Below, piece after piece: positions 26,781-40,289 of a DNA stretch of 64,000 nucleotides. The position numbers and the translations under genes were made by a program. The notes under the pieces are model-generated. The model had not been told where the DNA came from. It saw nothing but the letters and a program-made list of their open reading frames with translations, and did no database searches. Position 1 is the stretch's first letter. Each line of letters begins with the position of its first letter. Source of the stretch: Octopus bimaculoides. Lineage: Eukaryota. The stretch covers positions 85,877,958-85,941,957 of the forward strand of contig NC_068984.1 in assembly GCF_001194135.2 (NCBI RefSeq). The letters run 5' to 3'.

Positions 26781-27147
26781 ATAAAAATTGCTATAGTAGT
26801 TACAGCTGTTTCATAACTTACTCTGGATTATATCATTAACGTTTATGCATATATATATATATATATATATATGATTGTATTGTATAATGTGTGTGTCATC
26901 ATTATCATTTAACATCCCTCTTCCATGCATGCATATATGTATTCATATATGTATATAATATCTGACTGCATATATATATCTATATGCATGCATGGAAGAT
27001 GGATGTTAAACAATGATGATGATGACACGCACATTATACAATACAATCATATAATACAATGGGGCATGGAAGAGAGAAAACTCATCTTCAGATCGTATTC
27101 TGGATATATTGAAGAATATATCCAATATAGAGCCAGTATATCCAGAG

Positions 27148-27422
27148 CAGGGGTTTTCAAACTGTGGTCCGCGGACCACAGGGGGTCCGTGGACAGCAAA
27201 TACTTTTTATGGGCAATTTGATTTTATATATGTTTTTTAATCGAAATCTTTTTATTGACAATAAATTTATTTGTTAACTACTGTTAAATAAATAAATGTA
27301 AAAATATATGTTATTTTAAGCAAATATTTATGTGTAAATTTCATAAGCGTTTATAAGGGGGTCCATAAGGTAAAACCTGAAATATAAAGGGGTCCGCAAG
27401 TCAAAAAGTTTGAAAACCCCTG
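27148..27422 (+). mobile_element. hAT (Charlie-like) MITE, 275 bp
   Basis: Perfect 16-bp TIR CAGGGGTTTTCAAACT and perfect 8-bp TSD ATCCAGAG at 27140-27147 and 27423-27430. Confidence 0.95.
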
Positions 27423-27430
27423 ATCCAGAG

Positions 27431-27668
27431 CACGTGTCCTTAAGCAAAACATTGCTCCATTCACTCAGCTGGCAAAAAGGAGTTGTAACTTGTAAGTCAA
27501 AGGGCCAGCCTTGTCACATTCAGTGTGTCATACCAAATCTCCCTGAGAACTATATTAAGGGTGTGTATGTCCATGGAGTGCTCAGCCATTTGTACATTAA
27601 TTTCACAAGCAGGCTGTTCTGTTGATTAGATCAACTGCGACACTCAGAGTTGTAACTAATGGAGACCC
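27431..27668 (+). mobile_element. Old SINE C-related 3' half
   Basis: AAAGGGCCAGCCTTGTCACA...CCCTGAGAACTA...GGAGTGCTCAGCCA...TTAATTTCACAAGCAGGCTGTTC matches the body of 43474-43862. Confidence 0.7.
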
Positions 27669-30600
27669 AGGCCATATCCAGAATGGTCTAAATCTCTCAA
27701 TTCTTTCTTATCAACAGAATGCAAGCATACAAGGCTTTTAAATATGTTGATCGTATAAAACAGAGATCCACAAAAGAAAAAGACATGCAATATTAGGAAA
27801 TTCTTTAAATATTCTCTTGAAGAAATTTCATTTACAGATCAAACATTCATGTAAGAAAACTTGAGATAGCTTTCTGAATATTTTTTAATGTAAACTGTTT
27901 TTCTTGCATCTGAAAATGTTTTTTAAACTTAAAATCCTTTCTTTTGTTTTTGCCTATTTGCTTTCAGTGCAATTACCACCTAACAAACTTGTATTTGTTC
28001 TTGAACACACACAGCATAAGATTTAAATTTTGCATTTTGAAAATGCTATTTTTATTTTTTAAAACATTTTCCCCTCCTAAATTACATGCTGTATTTAGCA
28101 GCTAATGAAGTAGTATTTGTTATAACTGTATCTCTATTTCTCATTTACTATACCTGCTATATTTATATAATACTCTAAACATTTCCTAGACAATGGAAAC
28201 TTCATAGCATCTCAAATACCTGACATTATATGTAAGTTGATGGGAGTAAATGGGATAGAGCCAGAAAGAGAGATAAAGATGGTGATAACAAAGTGTCAGA
28301 ATATACCCTCAAGATAAAAGAGCATGGGCACAAATCAGAAAGGGTGGGTGAATAAAGGTCGCAAGAGCATGAGGAGAGAGAGAGAGAGACTGTTAGAAAA
28401 AAAAGGGGTAAGTGTAGTGAAGTGGTGGTGGGAGGGAAGAATGGCCAAATAGTAAATATGAATAAAGGACAGTGATAAGAAGAGGGATAAATGTTAATAG
28501 AAGTTGCTTAGGTGAGAGGAAGTGATACCCAACAGTAGAAAAAGGTGATAAACAGCAGGATAATACAGTAAATAAGGAAAGGATGAAAGGGTGAGATAGG
28601 GAGAAACAATGTGTACAAAATATATCAAAATATAAGAGTCTATACATATGTGTATATAAATATATATAGTGAGAAGTGGGTTGCATGTATGTATATCTGT
28701 GTCTATGCATCTGCATGTATTTATGTATATATTCATATGCATGTTTGTATTTACAAACAACAAGAGGAGCAGCAATATAAAATAAATAGTCATAGAATTT
28801 CCTATTAATATATGCATATACAAAAAATGGGCATTAAATTAAATGAAAATGCCCCAACACTCTTAAATGACTTTTGGATTGATACCAAAAACTTTACTTC
28901 TATAGTTCCATAGTCTGTGCCAAGAGTGAGTCAAAATGTCTTGAGTTCATTTCTCTTTAGGCTACAGTTAAAAATCACAAGAGTATAAGGAGTAAGTTAA
29001 TTGGTTTGGCAGAGAAGTGGTTAGATATTGCAAACTCAAATTGCCAGTAATATACCAGAGCACTTGTGCTCATCTTCATTACATTTACCTTGGTGTATAT
29101 AAGGATACTACACCACTGATATGGTGACAGTTGTAACTAAACAACTCACACACCAAATACACATACATAAGCACACTCTATTAAGAAAGGACATTACATG
29201 AAATTATGGTGGGAGTGGTGATTGATGATGGTAATGATGACCATGATGTTCAGTACTCAAAAGTTTACAAAATTCAGAAGATTTAGCAAAGCCAAATTCT
29301 TACTCCAGTGATAAAAATACCAGTTAATCATGCATCATGCAAATTAGTTCATCATATTCCTGGTCCTCAGGTATCTGTTTGTAAATGCAAAAATGTATTT
29401 AAATAGACACAAACACACACATGTGCAAGCATGATCATGATAATGCCAATAATGAACACGGTAACGATGAAATGATAAAGCTGCTCAGCTAACAAAACTA
29501 CTTTGTGAACTGGTCAGCTATATGGTATCTAAGGGAAACCACAACCTTTCTCATAAATAAACCAAAAGATTTTATTTCTGATGTAATACAAACAAGCAAT
29601 AAAACTCTCCAAGGTGCAATTCACACAAATCAAGGTTATCGAGACAGTTGAACGAGGACTTTCTAAATTTATCTTGCAAATCAGGATATAAGATAATGAA
29701 GGAATTGGTTTAAAGACTCTATATTGAAGTAAATGAAATTAAGACAATAAAAACATAAACTATCAAAATTGTCAAGATGGTAAAGACATGAATACAAATG
29801 GCACAGTTGGTTGTGTGCAGTAGCTTTTTAGTAATATTGAGGCCAGACCTGATATTTTTTTTTTTTTGTGATAAAGCAGTCATAGGTGATCATCCGGGTG
29901 AGGAAAGAGTTGTCACGGTTGACTAAATAAGGCAGAGGGATAAGTGAACCAAAACATTTCTGAGTAACCTGGATGGACTTGATTTCATCTATGTGCATTA
30001 TATGAGGTATAATGGCAGTCCACAGCTTGCATATCCATCCAGTAGTATACAGTTGGTTCATATGGTTCCTTTAAGTGAGCTCTTATATATAAAAATATCC
30101 CTCTGACTCCCACCATTCTATTTCCATTATTGGCAATACTTATAAGTAAGCAAAAATTAAACAAATTGTTATACAAAAGATTGTCAATGGCCTGAATTTG
30201 AAATATGTTGATATTTCTACTTCAACACAAGGATACAAATTTACTAGTGAAGGGGTCAAAATCCCTGTGCATAACAAGTACCTATTATATCCACTCCAGA
30301 AAGTTGGAAAGCAAAATCAATCCTGAAATTGAAACTCAGAACATAGTAATACAAAACTACATACTGCATAGCACTTTGCACAGCAATCTATAGTTTCTGC
30401 CACTCCTCAGCTTTAAAAATAAATAAATGTGTGTGTGTGTGAAGGTGGAGTTAAAATGAGGATGGTGTATATAAAAATCTATGTATTTATGCATAAAACA
30501 TGAGAAAATGAAAGGAAATTCCTAAATTTATCCTTGCGATAGAAAGAAATTGCCCACCACCACCACACACTCTATATGCAGTGAACACTTATCTACACTG

Positions 30601-31149
30601 CCCCCATTCCACATATACCAACCAACAACCCAATACCCAAATCAATCTTCAAAGAAACTAAGCCACTTTGATTAACCAATTTAAATTATCTCACAAGATC
30701 TTAATGATGTCACTGGATCCTCTGTTAGTTTCAGCTATGAACATTCCAGTAGTTCAATAAATTGAGCTGTCTACTCATTGAATTAAAATGTAAGTAGTTG
30801 AGTATTCCACAGACAATCTATATCCTTAATGTGATCATCAGGCAGAATCAGTATGATGCCAATGTGTGACATATCTGGAACCTTTGAACCACAGGTACAA
30901 TCCATCAGTTAACGTCTACCAGCTTTCATTTGCAAGGCTCTAGACAACTCAAGGCTTTAGTTATAGACATCTTGTCTAAGATGCCATGCAGTTGGATTGA
31001 AATGAAGACTTCATGATTGCAAAGTGAACTTCTTGATCACTTAATCATGCTTGCAATCATTAATAACCAGTTGATTGACAGAGAGAAACAGCAAGGAGAA
31101 AAGAGAGACAGAGATAGGAGAGAGAATTTGTTAGTTATTTGTCCCAAAA

Positions 31150-31960
31150 ATTTTTGGTTCCTGTGACCAATAAAAGAAATATTTTCCTGATTTTCAGAAA
31201 TAATGATAATGTCAGTAATATACACATGGAACAATTCATCGATATTCATGTGGATTCCCAGGTAACGCACCAACTCTGACATAAGGAGTGCAATACCCTT
31301 GGTCCTATGTATTCTGATTGCAATCTGTTTATGGGTCAACAGCAGGATGTTGTTTGCTTCAGCCCACTTATATATTGCATTCAGGTTTTTCTGTAGTTTT
31401 GAGTAAGCATCAGGGTCCTTGACTACTTGCGAAACCTTTGTATCATCAACATAGATACTGAGAATGGCTGACTGTATGACTGATGGCATGTCTGACAGAG
31501 CCGCAAACAATAGTGGTCTCAGTACAGTTCTCATGGAGACTCCATTTAATAGTGATGTCTTCTCAGAGTACCATTGGCAATGACAACCTGACTCCTATTT
31601 TTTTTTTAAAGTGATGCAGTTTCTGACATATCATCTCTTGATCAACTTAGTCGAAGGCCTTGTTGAAGTCAAGATACATCACATTCACATTTGGATGACA
31701 GAGTCCCTTAGTGGGCAGAAGCCATCCAGTACATTCACGAGCAAGCCATTTTCTTCAGGGAATGTGATCCATGACTTAGCTAAAATGTGAGGTCAGAGAG
31801 TTGGCTTGTAATTCTTAGCATCTGCTCTGTTTCCTCCTTTATGGGTAGGCCATATTATACCTGCATACCTGTTTTTTTTAATTTTGGAAAGTTTGTCACA
31901 TGTGCAGAAACTCTGAAAAAGTATCTGCAGTGGTTTTGCAAGAGCTTTCTTCTGTGTGTA
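31150..31960 (-). mobile_element. CR1/L2-clade LINE reverse transcriptase remnant
   Basis: LAKPLQILFQ...PTHKGGNRADAKNYKP and TVLRPLLF...IYVDDTK...LQKNLNAIYKWA...YLGI motifs; frameshifted. Confidence 0.85.
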
Positions 31961-32115
31961 TTTGTGTGTGTTATAAATTAATTTGTATAATTTAATCATG
32001 ATTTTTATGTCCATTTTTTCCATGTTCGCTTGGGTTGAACAGATCTTCTGTGCATGTATAAGTACTGTGCATGTATAAGTACTGTGCATGTATAAGTACT
32101 GTGCATGTATAAGTA

Positions 32116-32460
32116 CTGTTGTTGGCACTCCGTCGCTTACGACATTGAGGGTTCCAGTTGATCCGATCAACGGAACAGCCTGCTTGTGAAATTAACGTGC
32201 AAGTGGCTGAGCACTCCACAGACATGTGTACCCATAACGTAGTTCTCGGGGCTATTCAGTGTGACACAGTGTTACAAGGCTGACCCTTTGAATTACAGGC
32301 ACAACAGAAACAGGAAGTAAGAGTGAGAGAAAGTTGTGATGAAAGAGTACAGCAGGTGTTTTCGCTCAATAAACACTCACAACGCCCGGTCTGGGAATCG
32401 AAACCGCGATCCTATGACCGCGAGTTCGCTGCCCTAACCACTGGGCCATTGCGCCTCCAC
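32116..32460 (-). mobile_element. tRNA-derived SINE family C, young, with a ~40-bp internal deletion
   Basis: Head GTGGAGGCGCAATGGCCCAGTGGTTAGGGCAGCG, B-box GGTTTCGATTCC, tail GAGTGCCAACAACAG; nearly identical to 43474-43862. Confidence 0.9.
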
Positions 32461-32955
32461 ATGTATAAGGACATATAGGACATAAAGATGAAATTTAGAA
32501 TATAAAAAAAGGAAGAGGGCATGAAAGAACAAGCTGTACAAAGATGGGGCAATTAAAATTACAAAGCAGTAATGAGGATGAAATTTAGAGGAAATATTTT
32601 TTTAATATTCATCAATATCATGAACACAAAGACACACATACATACATGTATAACGCAGACACACATAAACAGACTAAAATGTGTCATTACACATGCACAT
32701 GTAAACATGCAATCACTCAAACAAATACGCAAACATGCATTCACATACAAACATACACTCACACACAACCACATATGAATGTGTTATTACATACACAATG
32801 TGCACTAATACACATTCTGTACACAGTCACTAGTGCACTCACCTTTACACAAACATGTCCTATATACAAGTATGCACACATACTTGAGACCATACTGATG
32901 CATACACACAAGTGCACCAAACACACACTTCAGATTTGCACATTCAAACACAGTA

Positions 32956-32999
<44 letters not shown>

Positions 33000-33828
33000 T
33001 ATTTTCTTGCTGACAGAGTGAATGAAAAAAGGGAAAAGAGTGGACAAGAGAGTAAAATGGGAGAAGGTAGGCAAACAAGAGAAAAATGATAAAAAGGGGA
33101 TGAGGAGAGGGTGGTAGAGGTAGGGAGATGAAAATGTACAGAAATAGAGAAAAGGGTGAGAGAAAGGGGAAGACAAGGAGAGGCAGAAGGAGGAAGTAAT
33201 AAAGAAAAAGGAGGAAAAATTGAGAGAGAGGGAAGAAAAGAAGTCAAGTTTAAATTAAAATTGTTGCAGAAATTTAACAAAATATAAAAAAGTTTCCTCC
33301 TCTTCAAGATTTATTTCTAAAACGAAAAAGAAGATCTAGAATACAGAAGCTTGTTAATGATCAATTATCAAAACTGGAAAATTGATTTCTTTGACTATGC
33401 AATAGGCCAGTGATGTTAAGAATCAGAGAATTACAGCTGCAAACCCAGTTATATTACAGTTATTTAGTGCATCAATCTGCTGAACAGATGAAGGGCAAAA
33501 CTCAACTCCAAATGGATTTGAATTCAGAACACTAAGCTCATTAAAAGAAAACAAAACAACAATGTGAATAAGATACAGTGAATGTGTGTGCATATGTACA
33601 TACATGTGCACCTGCTTACTGCAAGAGAAGGTAATCACGGAAGAGAGAAGGGGAGGGAAGAAAGGAAGGAGTGCAGTAAGGGAGAAAGGTACCTACAAAT
33701 AAGAGGGCAAGAGATCAAAGAATATCAGGGGTGAAGCATTTAGGACAGACCAATCCCCTCCAACTAGGATATTACATAAACATGAAACTAAAGGAGAGAT
33801 GATGTATTGCTGTTCTCATTACAGAAAA

Positions 33829-33854
33829 GTTGTTGTTGTTGTTGTTGTTGTTGT

Positions 33855-33918
<64 letters not shown>

Positions 33919-33980
33919 TAGTAGTAGTAGTTAGTAGTAGTAGTTAGTAGTAGTAGTTAGTAGTAGTAGTAGTAGTAGTG
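33829..33980. repeat. Compound trinucleotide repeat (GTT)n(GGT)n(AGT)n
   Basis: Direct reading. Confidence 0.95.
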
Positions 33981-33994
33981 CTGATGTTTCATAG

Positions 33995-34190
33995 ATCATC
34001 ATTTCGTCATTTAACATGTTTTCCTTGCTGGTATGGGTTGAACAGTTTGAGAGGAGCTGGCAAGCCAGAAGATTGCACCAAACTCTGTCTGCTTTGGCAT
34101 AGTTTTCCTGTAGCTGGATGCTCTTCCTAATGCCAACCACTTAACAGAATGTACAGTGTGCTTTTTATTGGTACCAGCACCAGTAAGTTC
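33995..34190 (-). mobile_element. RTE-type 3' tail fragment
   Basis: Reverse complement of TGGTTGGCATTAGGAAGAGCATCCAGCTACAGG...AACCCATACCAGC...TTAAATGAC. Confidence 0.75.
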
Positions 34191-34549
34191 ACCAAATAAC
34201 TTACAAGACAAGACCCTCTCAGCTGAGAAGGGATTAGTACTGAGGGAGATGATTCCTTGCCAGATAATGAGACAGAGTAGATATAACAGGTGCAGTATAT
34301 ATATTTACCTACTATTTAAGCACTATAAGTCATGCTCTTCATTTAGGAAAAGACTAAGGGCTATGGTGAAAGCAAGGGTATTGCCATTTTGAATTCTAAA
34401 TATATTTAAAATATTGTCAATTAATATAACAATCAACTTATAAACATTCATTAACCAAAACCACAAACATTTTACTTTATAATAAAATAAATAATGGGTA
34501 AATGTATAAGCTGCACTCAGCATATGTGTGCGTGTGTATACTGGGTGTG

Positions 34550-34588
<39 letters not shown>

Positions 34589-34771
34589 TTATTTAGTCAA
34601 TGCAATGCAGGTGTGGCTTATGGTTAATAAGTTTGTTACACACAACTACACAGTTTGGGATTCAATCCAACTGCCTGGCACTGACCAATGCTTTGTAAGT
34701 AAAATTTGATAGTGGAAAACTGTATGGACGGCCATCATATCTATATAGGGAGAAGGAGAGTGACAATGAGG

Positions 34772-34806
<35 letters not shown>

Positions 34807-34807
<1 letters not shown>

Positions 34808-35115
34808 GTGCATGGCCTAGTGGTTAGGGTGTTGCATTTACAATTGCAAGATTACGGTTTCAATTCCTGGGTCAGGAAGTGTATTGTGTTCTTGAGCAAA
34901 AACACTTCGTTACACACTGCTCCAGTCTGCTCAACTGTAAATGAGTAACCCTTTGATGAAACTGATGTCCCGTGTAAAAGGTGTTGTGATCACAGTTACT
35001 TATACACAATAGGCCTATCCACCTAACCAGTCGGGTGGCATCATTTGAAAGCTGTTGCAATAATGCGAGGAAAAACATTGTGACCAGCAGTAAAATAACA
35101 TTCTATAGTCTGATT
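34807..35115 (+). mobile_element. tRNA-headed SINE family F
   Basis: ATGGCCTAGTGGTTAGGG head, GGTTTCAATTCC B-box and TGTGTTCTTGAGCAAAAACACTT domain; homologous to 39295-39580. Confidence 0.75.
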
Positions 35116-35121
35116 GATACA

Positions 35122-35156
<35 letters not shown>

Positions 35157-35157
35157 C

Positions 35158-35290
35158 TTTTACATGTTTCGGTCATTTGACTGCAGCTGGACCACTGCCT
35201 TAAAAGGATTTAGCCAAAGAAATTGACCCCAGGATTTATTCTTTGTAAGCCTAGTATTTATTCCATCAGTCTTTTTTGCTGAACTGCTAA
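35158..35290 (-). mobile_element. SINE A 3' part (remainder lost in an N-gap)
   Basis: Reverse complement of TACTAGGCTTACAAAGAATAAATCCTGGGGTC...CAGTCAAATGACCGAAACATGTAAAAGAA. Confidence 0.75.
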
Positions 35291-35550
35291 NNNNNNNNNN
35301 NNNNNNNNNNNNNNNNNNNNNNNNNNNNNNNNNNNNNNNNNNNNNNNNNNNNNNNNNNNNNNNNNNNNNNNNNNNNNNNNNNNNNNNNNNNNNNNNNNNN
35401 NNNNNNNNNNNNNNNNNNNNNNNNNNNNNNNNNNNNNNNNNNNNNNNNNNNNNNNNNNNNNNNNNNNNNNNNNNNNNNNNNNNNNNNNNNNNNNNNNNNN
35501 NNNNNNNNNNNNNNNNNNNNNNNNNNNNNNNNNNNNNNNNNNNNNNNNNN

Positions 35551-35594
<44 letters not shown>

Positions 35595-35849
35595 GCACAT
35601 TTATATCTTACCCATTATCCAAAGTTTTCAGTTTTAATCCAGTGTTCATATTAACCTTTATCACTTAACCTTCCCCACCACAACAGTAATTCTACATACC
35701 TACCATTACAATGAGTAATTTATAGTTAACCAACCAGTGGGTGCAACATTTCATCAGGATTAGTGTCCACATAGATATTTAAATATGATAAACTTTTCTT
35801 TTGTCTGAGTTAGCAGGTTGGTCATAAAAAAATTGTGAATGCTTTAAAG

Positions 35850-36182
35850 CAATGGTTCTCAGCCAGGGTCCATAAAAGAATTGGTGGGGGGGGCATGCAA
35901 CAAAATAATAAATTGAGGATCCACAATAATATTTTAAGAGCCTCTGAAAAAATTTTGCTTTAGATGTATGTATTGGTATGTATTGCAAGAAACAGTCAGG
36001 TTTCTTTCTCTAACATGTTACATAGTTCAACCTACACAAGTTAATGTGGACGAAAATAAACAGGAATTTGGAAAGAATTATCTATAAAACTAGTTTTAAA
36101 CATCGAATGGGTATGGGGGGGGGCACCAGAATGAAATAGTAATCAAAGGAGTCCATAGATAAAAAATGGTTGAGGACCTTTG
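35850..36182. mobile_element. hAT MITE, second family, 333 bp
   Basis: Imperfect TIRs CAATGGTTCTCAGCC / GGTTGAGGACCTTTG; 8-bp TSD CTTTAAAG / CTTTAAAA. Confidence 0.8.
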
Positions 36183-36759
36183 CTTTAAAAGAAGAATAAA
36201 TAAAATATGTTAGAGGTTAGTAGGGAGGGATGGGGTTAAACAGATAGGGTAGACAGGGGTGAGTTGGTGGGTGGGTGGTGGTGTAAGGAGCCTAATCAGA
36301 TGGTGGTAGTGTCTGAAAACTTAGAGTGTGGTGAAAAATGCTGTAGTATTTTCAGCTAACAGTACTGATACAGCATCAATAAAAGACAAGAACAACAGAA
36401 GACAAGAACCCTAACAACAAAAGAGAGCAGTTGAATACAAATATTTCCCTATCTTTAATTTATTTTTGATAGAAAAATTTTATTTTTCCTGCTGCTTGTT
36501 TGAATAGGAAGAAAATGAAGGCTGAATAATGAGAAAAAAAAAAAAAACTAACTGCAATAATAGTAAACTGTATGCACCTACACTGCACACTCGACCCCAC
36601 ATATACACACAATACCAGTGTACTTACGTTACACCCACACAAACTGTATATACACTAACCACAGTACACCTACACCAAGGGAATCGCTACAGTCCTCAGG
36701 CTCGACAGAAAATGCAGTTTAAAATCTTTAAACTACACTGTTAGCTTTAAAAAAATGGA

Positions 36760-37265
36760 CACATTAAATATGATTCTAGATATGGATTATATCAGAGATC
36801 ATATCCATGTTAGGATCTTAACTTACACTGTCCATGAAAAACAAAAACAAAAAAAAAAAAATGATTGGATAGTCAAGGCTAGAATGGCTTTTGATCACAG
36901 GGCCGATTGACCAGAACTGATCTGAAGCTAAGCCACTGTACACATAATGCTGTATCTACAATATCCACACACAAATATCATATGCACTGACACAAAGTTA
37001 TATCAATGTCTTCACATTACACTTACAAGGGAGCCAAGTCATTTGCCAATATAGAAAATGCAGTCAAATTTTTCTCAAACCACAAACTACAGTCTCAAAG
37101 GAAAAAAAAAATTAAGTAAAATAAAATAAAATAAAATGAAAGGGATAATAAAGTTTTAGATGCATATCACCCTGAAAATAGGATGCAGTAGTCATGGCTG
37201 GAATACCTTTGATCACATAATTCTGTTCAATCAGAGCTGACTTAGAGCTAACTAATCAACAACGC
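36760..37265 (+). repeat. Two degenerate family E repeats
   Basis: GTCA(T/A)GGCT(A/G)GAAT..CTTTTGATCAC...GA.CTGA.CT..AGCTAA tail occurs twice. Confidence 0.6.
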
Positions 37266-38436
37266 CCACACTCCACACAAATCAGGTGCTACATCACACT
37301 ACACGTACATTATCCTCACAAAAACAAACTTCTATCAACCAGTCTATACATTACCTACACACAACCAGTTTATACAATACCAAAACACAATATCAAACCA
37401 TACACACACACATGCCCATCCTTAACCAATCTACACAGGTATTGACTGTCTTAACCTGACTTCACACAGTAGTCACTGTTTTGTACACCTGATTAGACAC
37501 AGCAACATACTATACCTACGTAGCATCTGCTAATACATTACATTATGCATAGCATCAAGCTACACCTACAATAACATGTAACCCACCTAATTGTCAACAC
37601 ACAGTAGTGGGTTTTCAGTCATGATATAAAGTATGAAATTTTATGATGTAAAAAGAAATTTTTTAAATAAAAAAAAAACATATATCTAAGTTCCATGACC
37701 CTACCCTACATACGCTGCAACCCTTCATAACTCCCACCAAATCCAAGTTTTCATCTTTTTCCCCTCCCAAACTCTTTATCTGCGATTTTTCAAACTGAAA
37801 GTTAACCATGCTCATCCCATGCATTTATCCCTAGAGACTTAGTCTAAAGCAGCCTTAAAATAGACCACAAGCACTGCACCGTGTCTGTCTACCCATGAGA
37901 TAAATGAATGAAAAGATAAACACCCACGTAGGTGGGGAGAACCTATCTTACTTTGATGTTGAGTAAACTGTGAATCAAGTAGGTGAGTTTTGTAGTAGCA
38001 CAAATGTATCAAATTAATTATTTCCAATGACTAACCTAAATATTTTTAACCTCACTGAAACCTTATAGTTTAGTTATGTTTTCTTTTGGGCTTGACCTTC
38101 CCATGTACATATGATGGTAAATATATTCCTGGTAAGCTAATTAGTCTACAACATTTTTCTTGACTCTTTGGTGGGGGAGTTAATTGCTTTCTTAAGGGAG
38201 GAAGGCAGCTTCCATAACTGTTTTCAGGGCTGCTAAGCCAAGACTAGTAGCAAGAAGTCATTCCCAGACTGGGGACCCAACACCAATGATTTCAGCCTGT
38301 AGTCATTAAATGTTAACTTTTGTGCATGTGTGTATGCAGGTTTTGTTATATACTCAAATGATATATAATTTGTCTCAACAAGTTGTGAAATAGTTCTGTG
38401 CCACACAAGCATACAAAAGTAAATATTAAAAGGATG

Positions 38437-38468
<32 letters not shown>

Positions 38469-39294
38469 ATGCATGCATGTGCACATGTGTGTGTGTGTGT
38501 ATCATTATGTTTACTTATATATGCTTGTGTGGCACACAAGTATCTCACAACTTGTTGGGGCAAATTTTCTATAGATGGATGCTCTTCCTGTCACCAACTT
38601 CTTGTCATCCAAGCAAGGTAACATTTCCCTTAGTCCTTTGAACAACAAACAGTTGAATGACCAAACATGTTTTCACTGAAAATTGTTAACAAATAACACC
38701 ATTTATATGAATGGTGGTTTTGTTTACAATTAATCTGCAAATATCAAGAGAAGGGTAATATACACACATATACATTCTCACACACCCACATATATATTAA
38801 TATATGATGGCCTTCATACAGTTTCCAGCTATCATTTCATTCACAAGTCATTGGTTGAGACAGGATGAGAGTAAAAGACTAAGATGATGAGCAATGGAAC
38901 TGAATCCAAAACGACATCACTACAAAGCAACTGCTTAACCACACTGCCATGTCCATAGATATATATCATAACATCTATGCAAACATAAAATATGTTAAAA
39001 AGTAAGATACAGGTAATTAGCTTGTATATATAGATAGAGCTAAGCTGTCAGCAGATATGTGAGGTTAGTTGATTAGGTGTACTCTCTCAAATACCTTATT
39101 ACCTTCAATGAATCTTAATTACAGTTGTGGCAGATAACTGACAATCTTCATTCAAGTATTAACTTTTAAAATACTATACTTTATCATCAAACTCCTTTAG
39201 CTTGTGTCTATATATGTAAATATGTTTATACATATGTGTATGCATGTATACATACATGTTTATTTGTGTATGTGTGTGTGTGTGTGTCTCATTG

Positions 39295-39580
39295 TATCAC
39301 TATATCAATCTGGCCCATCAGATGTGGTTACATACTGCTGGTTACAATGTACTTTTTCACTGTCAGATAATGCCACTCTGCTAATTAGGCAAGCAGGTTA
39401 ATATTCCTTCTGACCAGGACACCAGTCCATTGCAGGGTTACCCATTTACAGCTGAGTGGATTGAAACAACATAGAATAAAGTGTTTTGCTCAAGAATACA
39501 ATGCACCATGTGTATGGTAATTGAAGCCACGATCTTCCAATCATGAGTGCAATACCCTAACCACTAGGCCATAAGCCTTC
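39295..39580 (-). mobile_element. SINE family F
   Basis: Reverse-complement homolog of 34807-35115. Confidence 0.7.
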
Positions 39581-39697
39581 ACATACATATACATATACAT
39601 ACACATATGCAGCTATGTATGTGACATGTTTTAGTATTCCTACAGCTTAACAGAACCAAAAACCTGGCAGGCTTTATATATATATATATATATATAT

Positions 39698-39850
39698 ATC
39701 ATCATTTAACATCTGTTTTCCATGTTAGCATGGACTGGATGGTTTGACTGAAATCTGGAGAGCCAGCGGCTGCACCAGGTTCCAATCTGATCTGGCAATG
39801 TTTCTAAAGCTGGATGCATTTCCTAACACCAACCACTCCGAGAGTGTAGA
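39698..39850 (-). mobile_element. RTE-type 3' tail fragment
   Basis: ATCATCATTTAACATCTGTTTTCCATGTTAGCATGG...CCTAACACCAACCACTCCGAGAGTGTAG. Confidence 0.8.
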
Positions 39851-39947
39851 GGGGAAGTTACAATTTTAGTATATATACCACCAAAAATAGTACTATCTTC
39901 AGTAGTATGTCTATATGCATGTATGTATAAGTGTGTGTGCATATGTA

Positions 39948-40005
<58 letters not shown>

Positions 40006-40008
<3 letters not shown>

Positions 40009-40224
40009 TAATCCCTCAACTATCATGGGTGTTATATTCCAAAACCCCGGCCCACAATAGGTGAAAATCCGCAATGTAGAAACAGTACTGTACTGTATAT
40101 TTTTTTTAATTATTTTTATAATTTGTATATATTTATTTTATTACAAATGCAAAACAACACCATGGAAGAATCGATGTAAGCTTAAATAATAAATTGCGAT
40201 AGGTGAACTGCAATGTGGCAAGGG

Positions 40225-40231
<7 letters not shown>
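40006..40231. mobile_element. Tigger/pogo-like MITE, 226 bp
   Basis: TIRs CAGTAATCCCT / AGGGATTACTG; flanked by (AC)n and (GT)n and then (TA)n. Confidence 0.78.

Positions 40232-40289
<58 letters not shown>

Noticed and set aside
29303-29373. Exon-like segment with good splice sites (IPEDQEYDELICMMHD), plus other candidates at 28961-28991 (+), 29089-29136 (-), 30365-30410 (-) and 39103-39137 (-)
   Set aside because: They have in-frame stops or no recognisable homology, and such sites are expected by chance in AT-rich DNA. A non-coding role cannot be excluded.
33829-33980. TTAGTAG repeats resembling telomeric DNA
   Set aside because: This is an (AGT)n microsatellite with variants, not TTAGGG.
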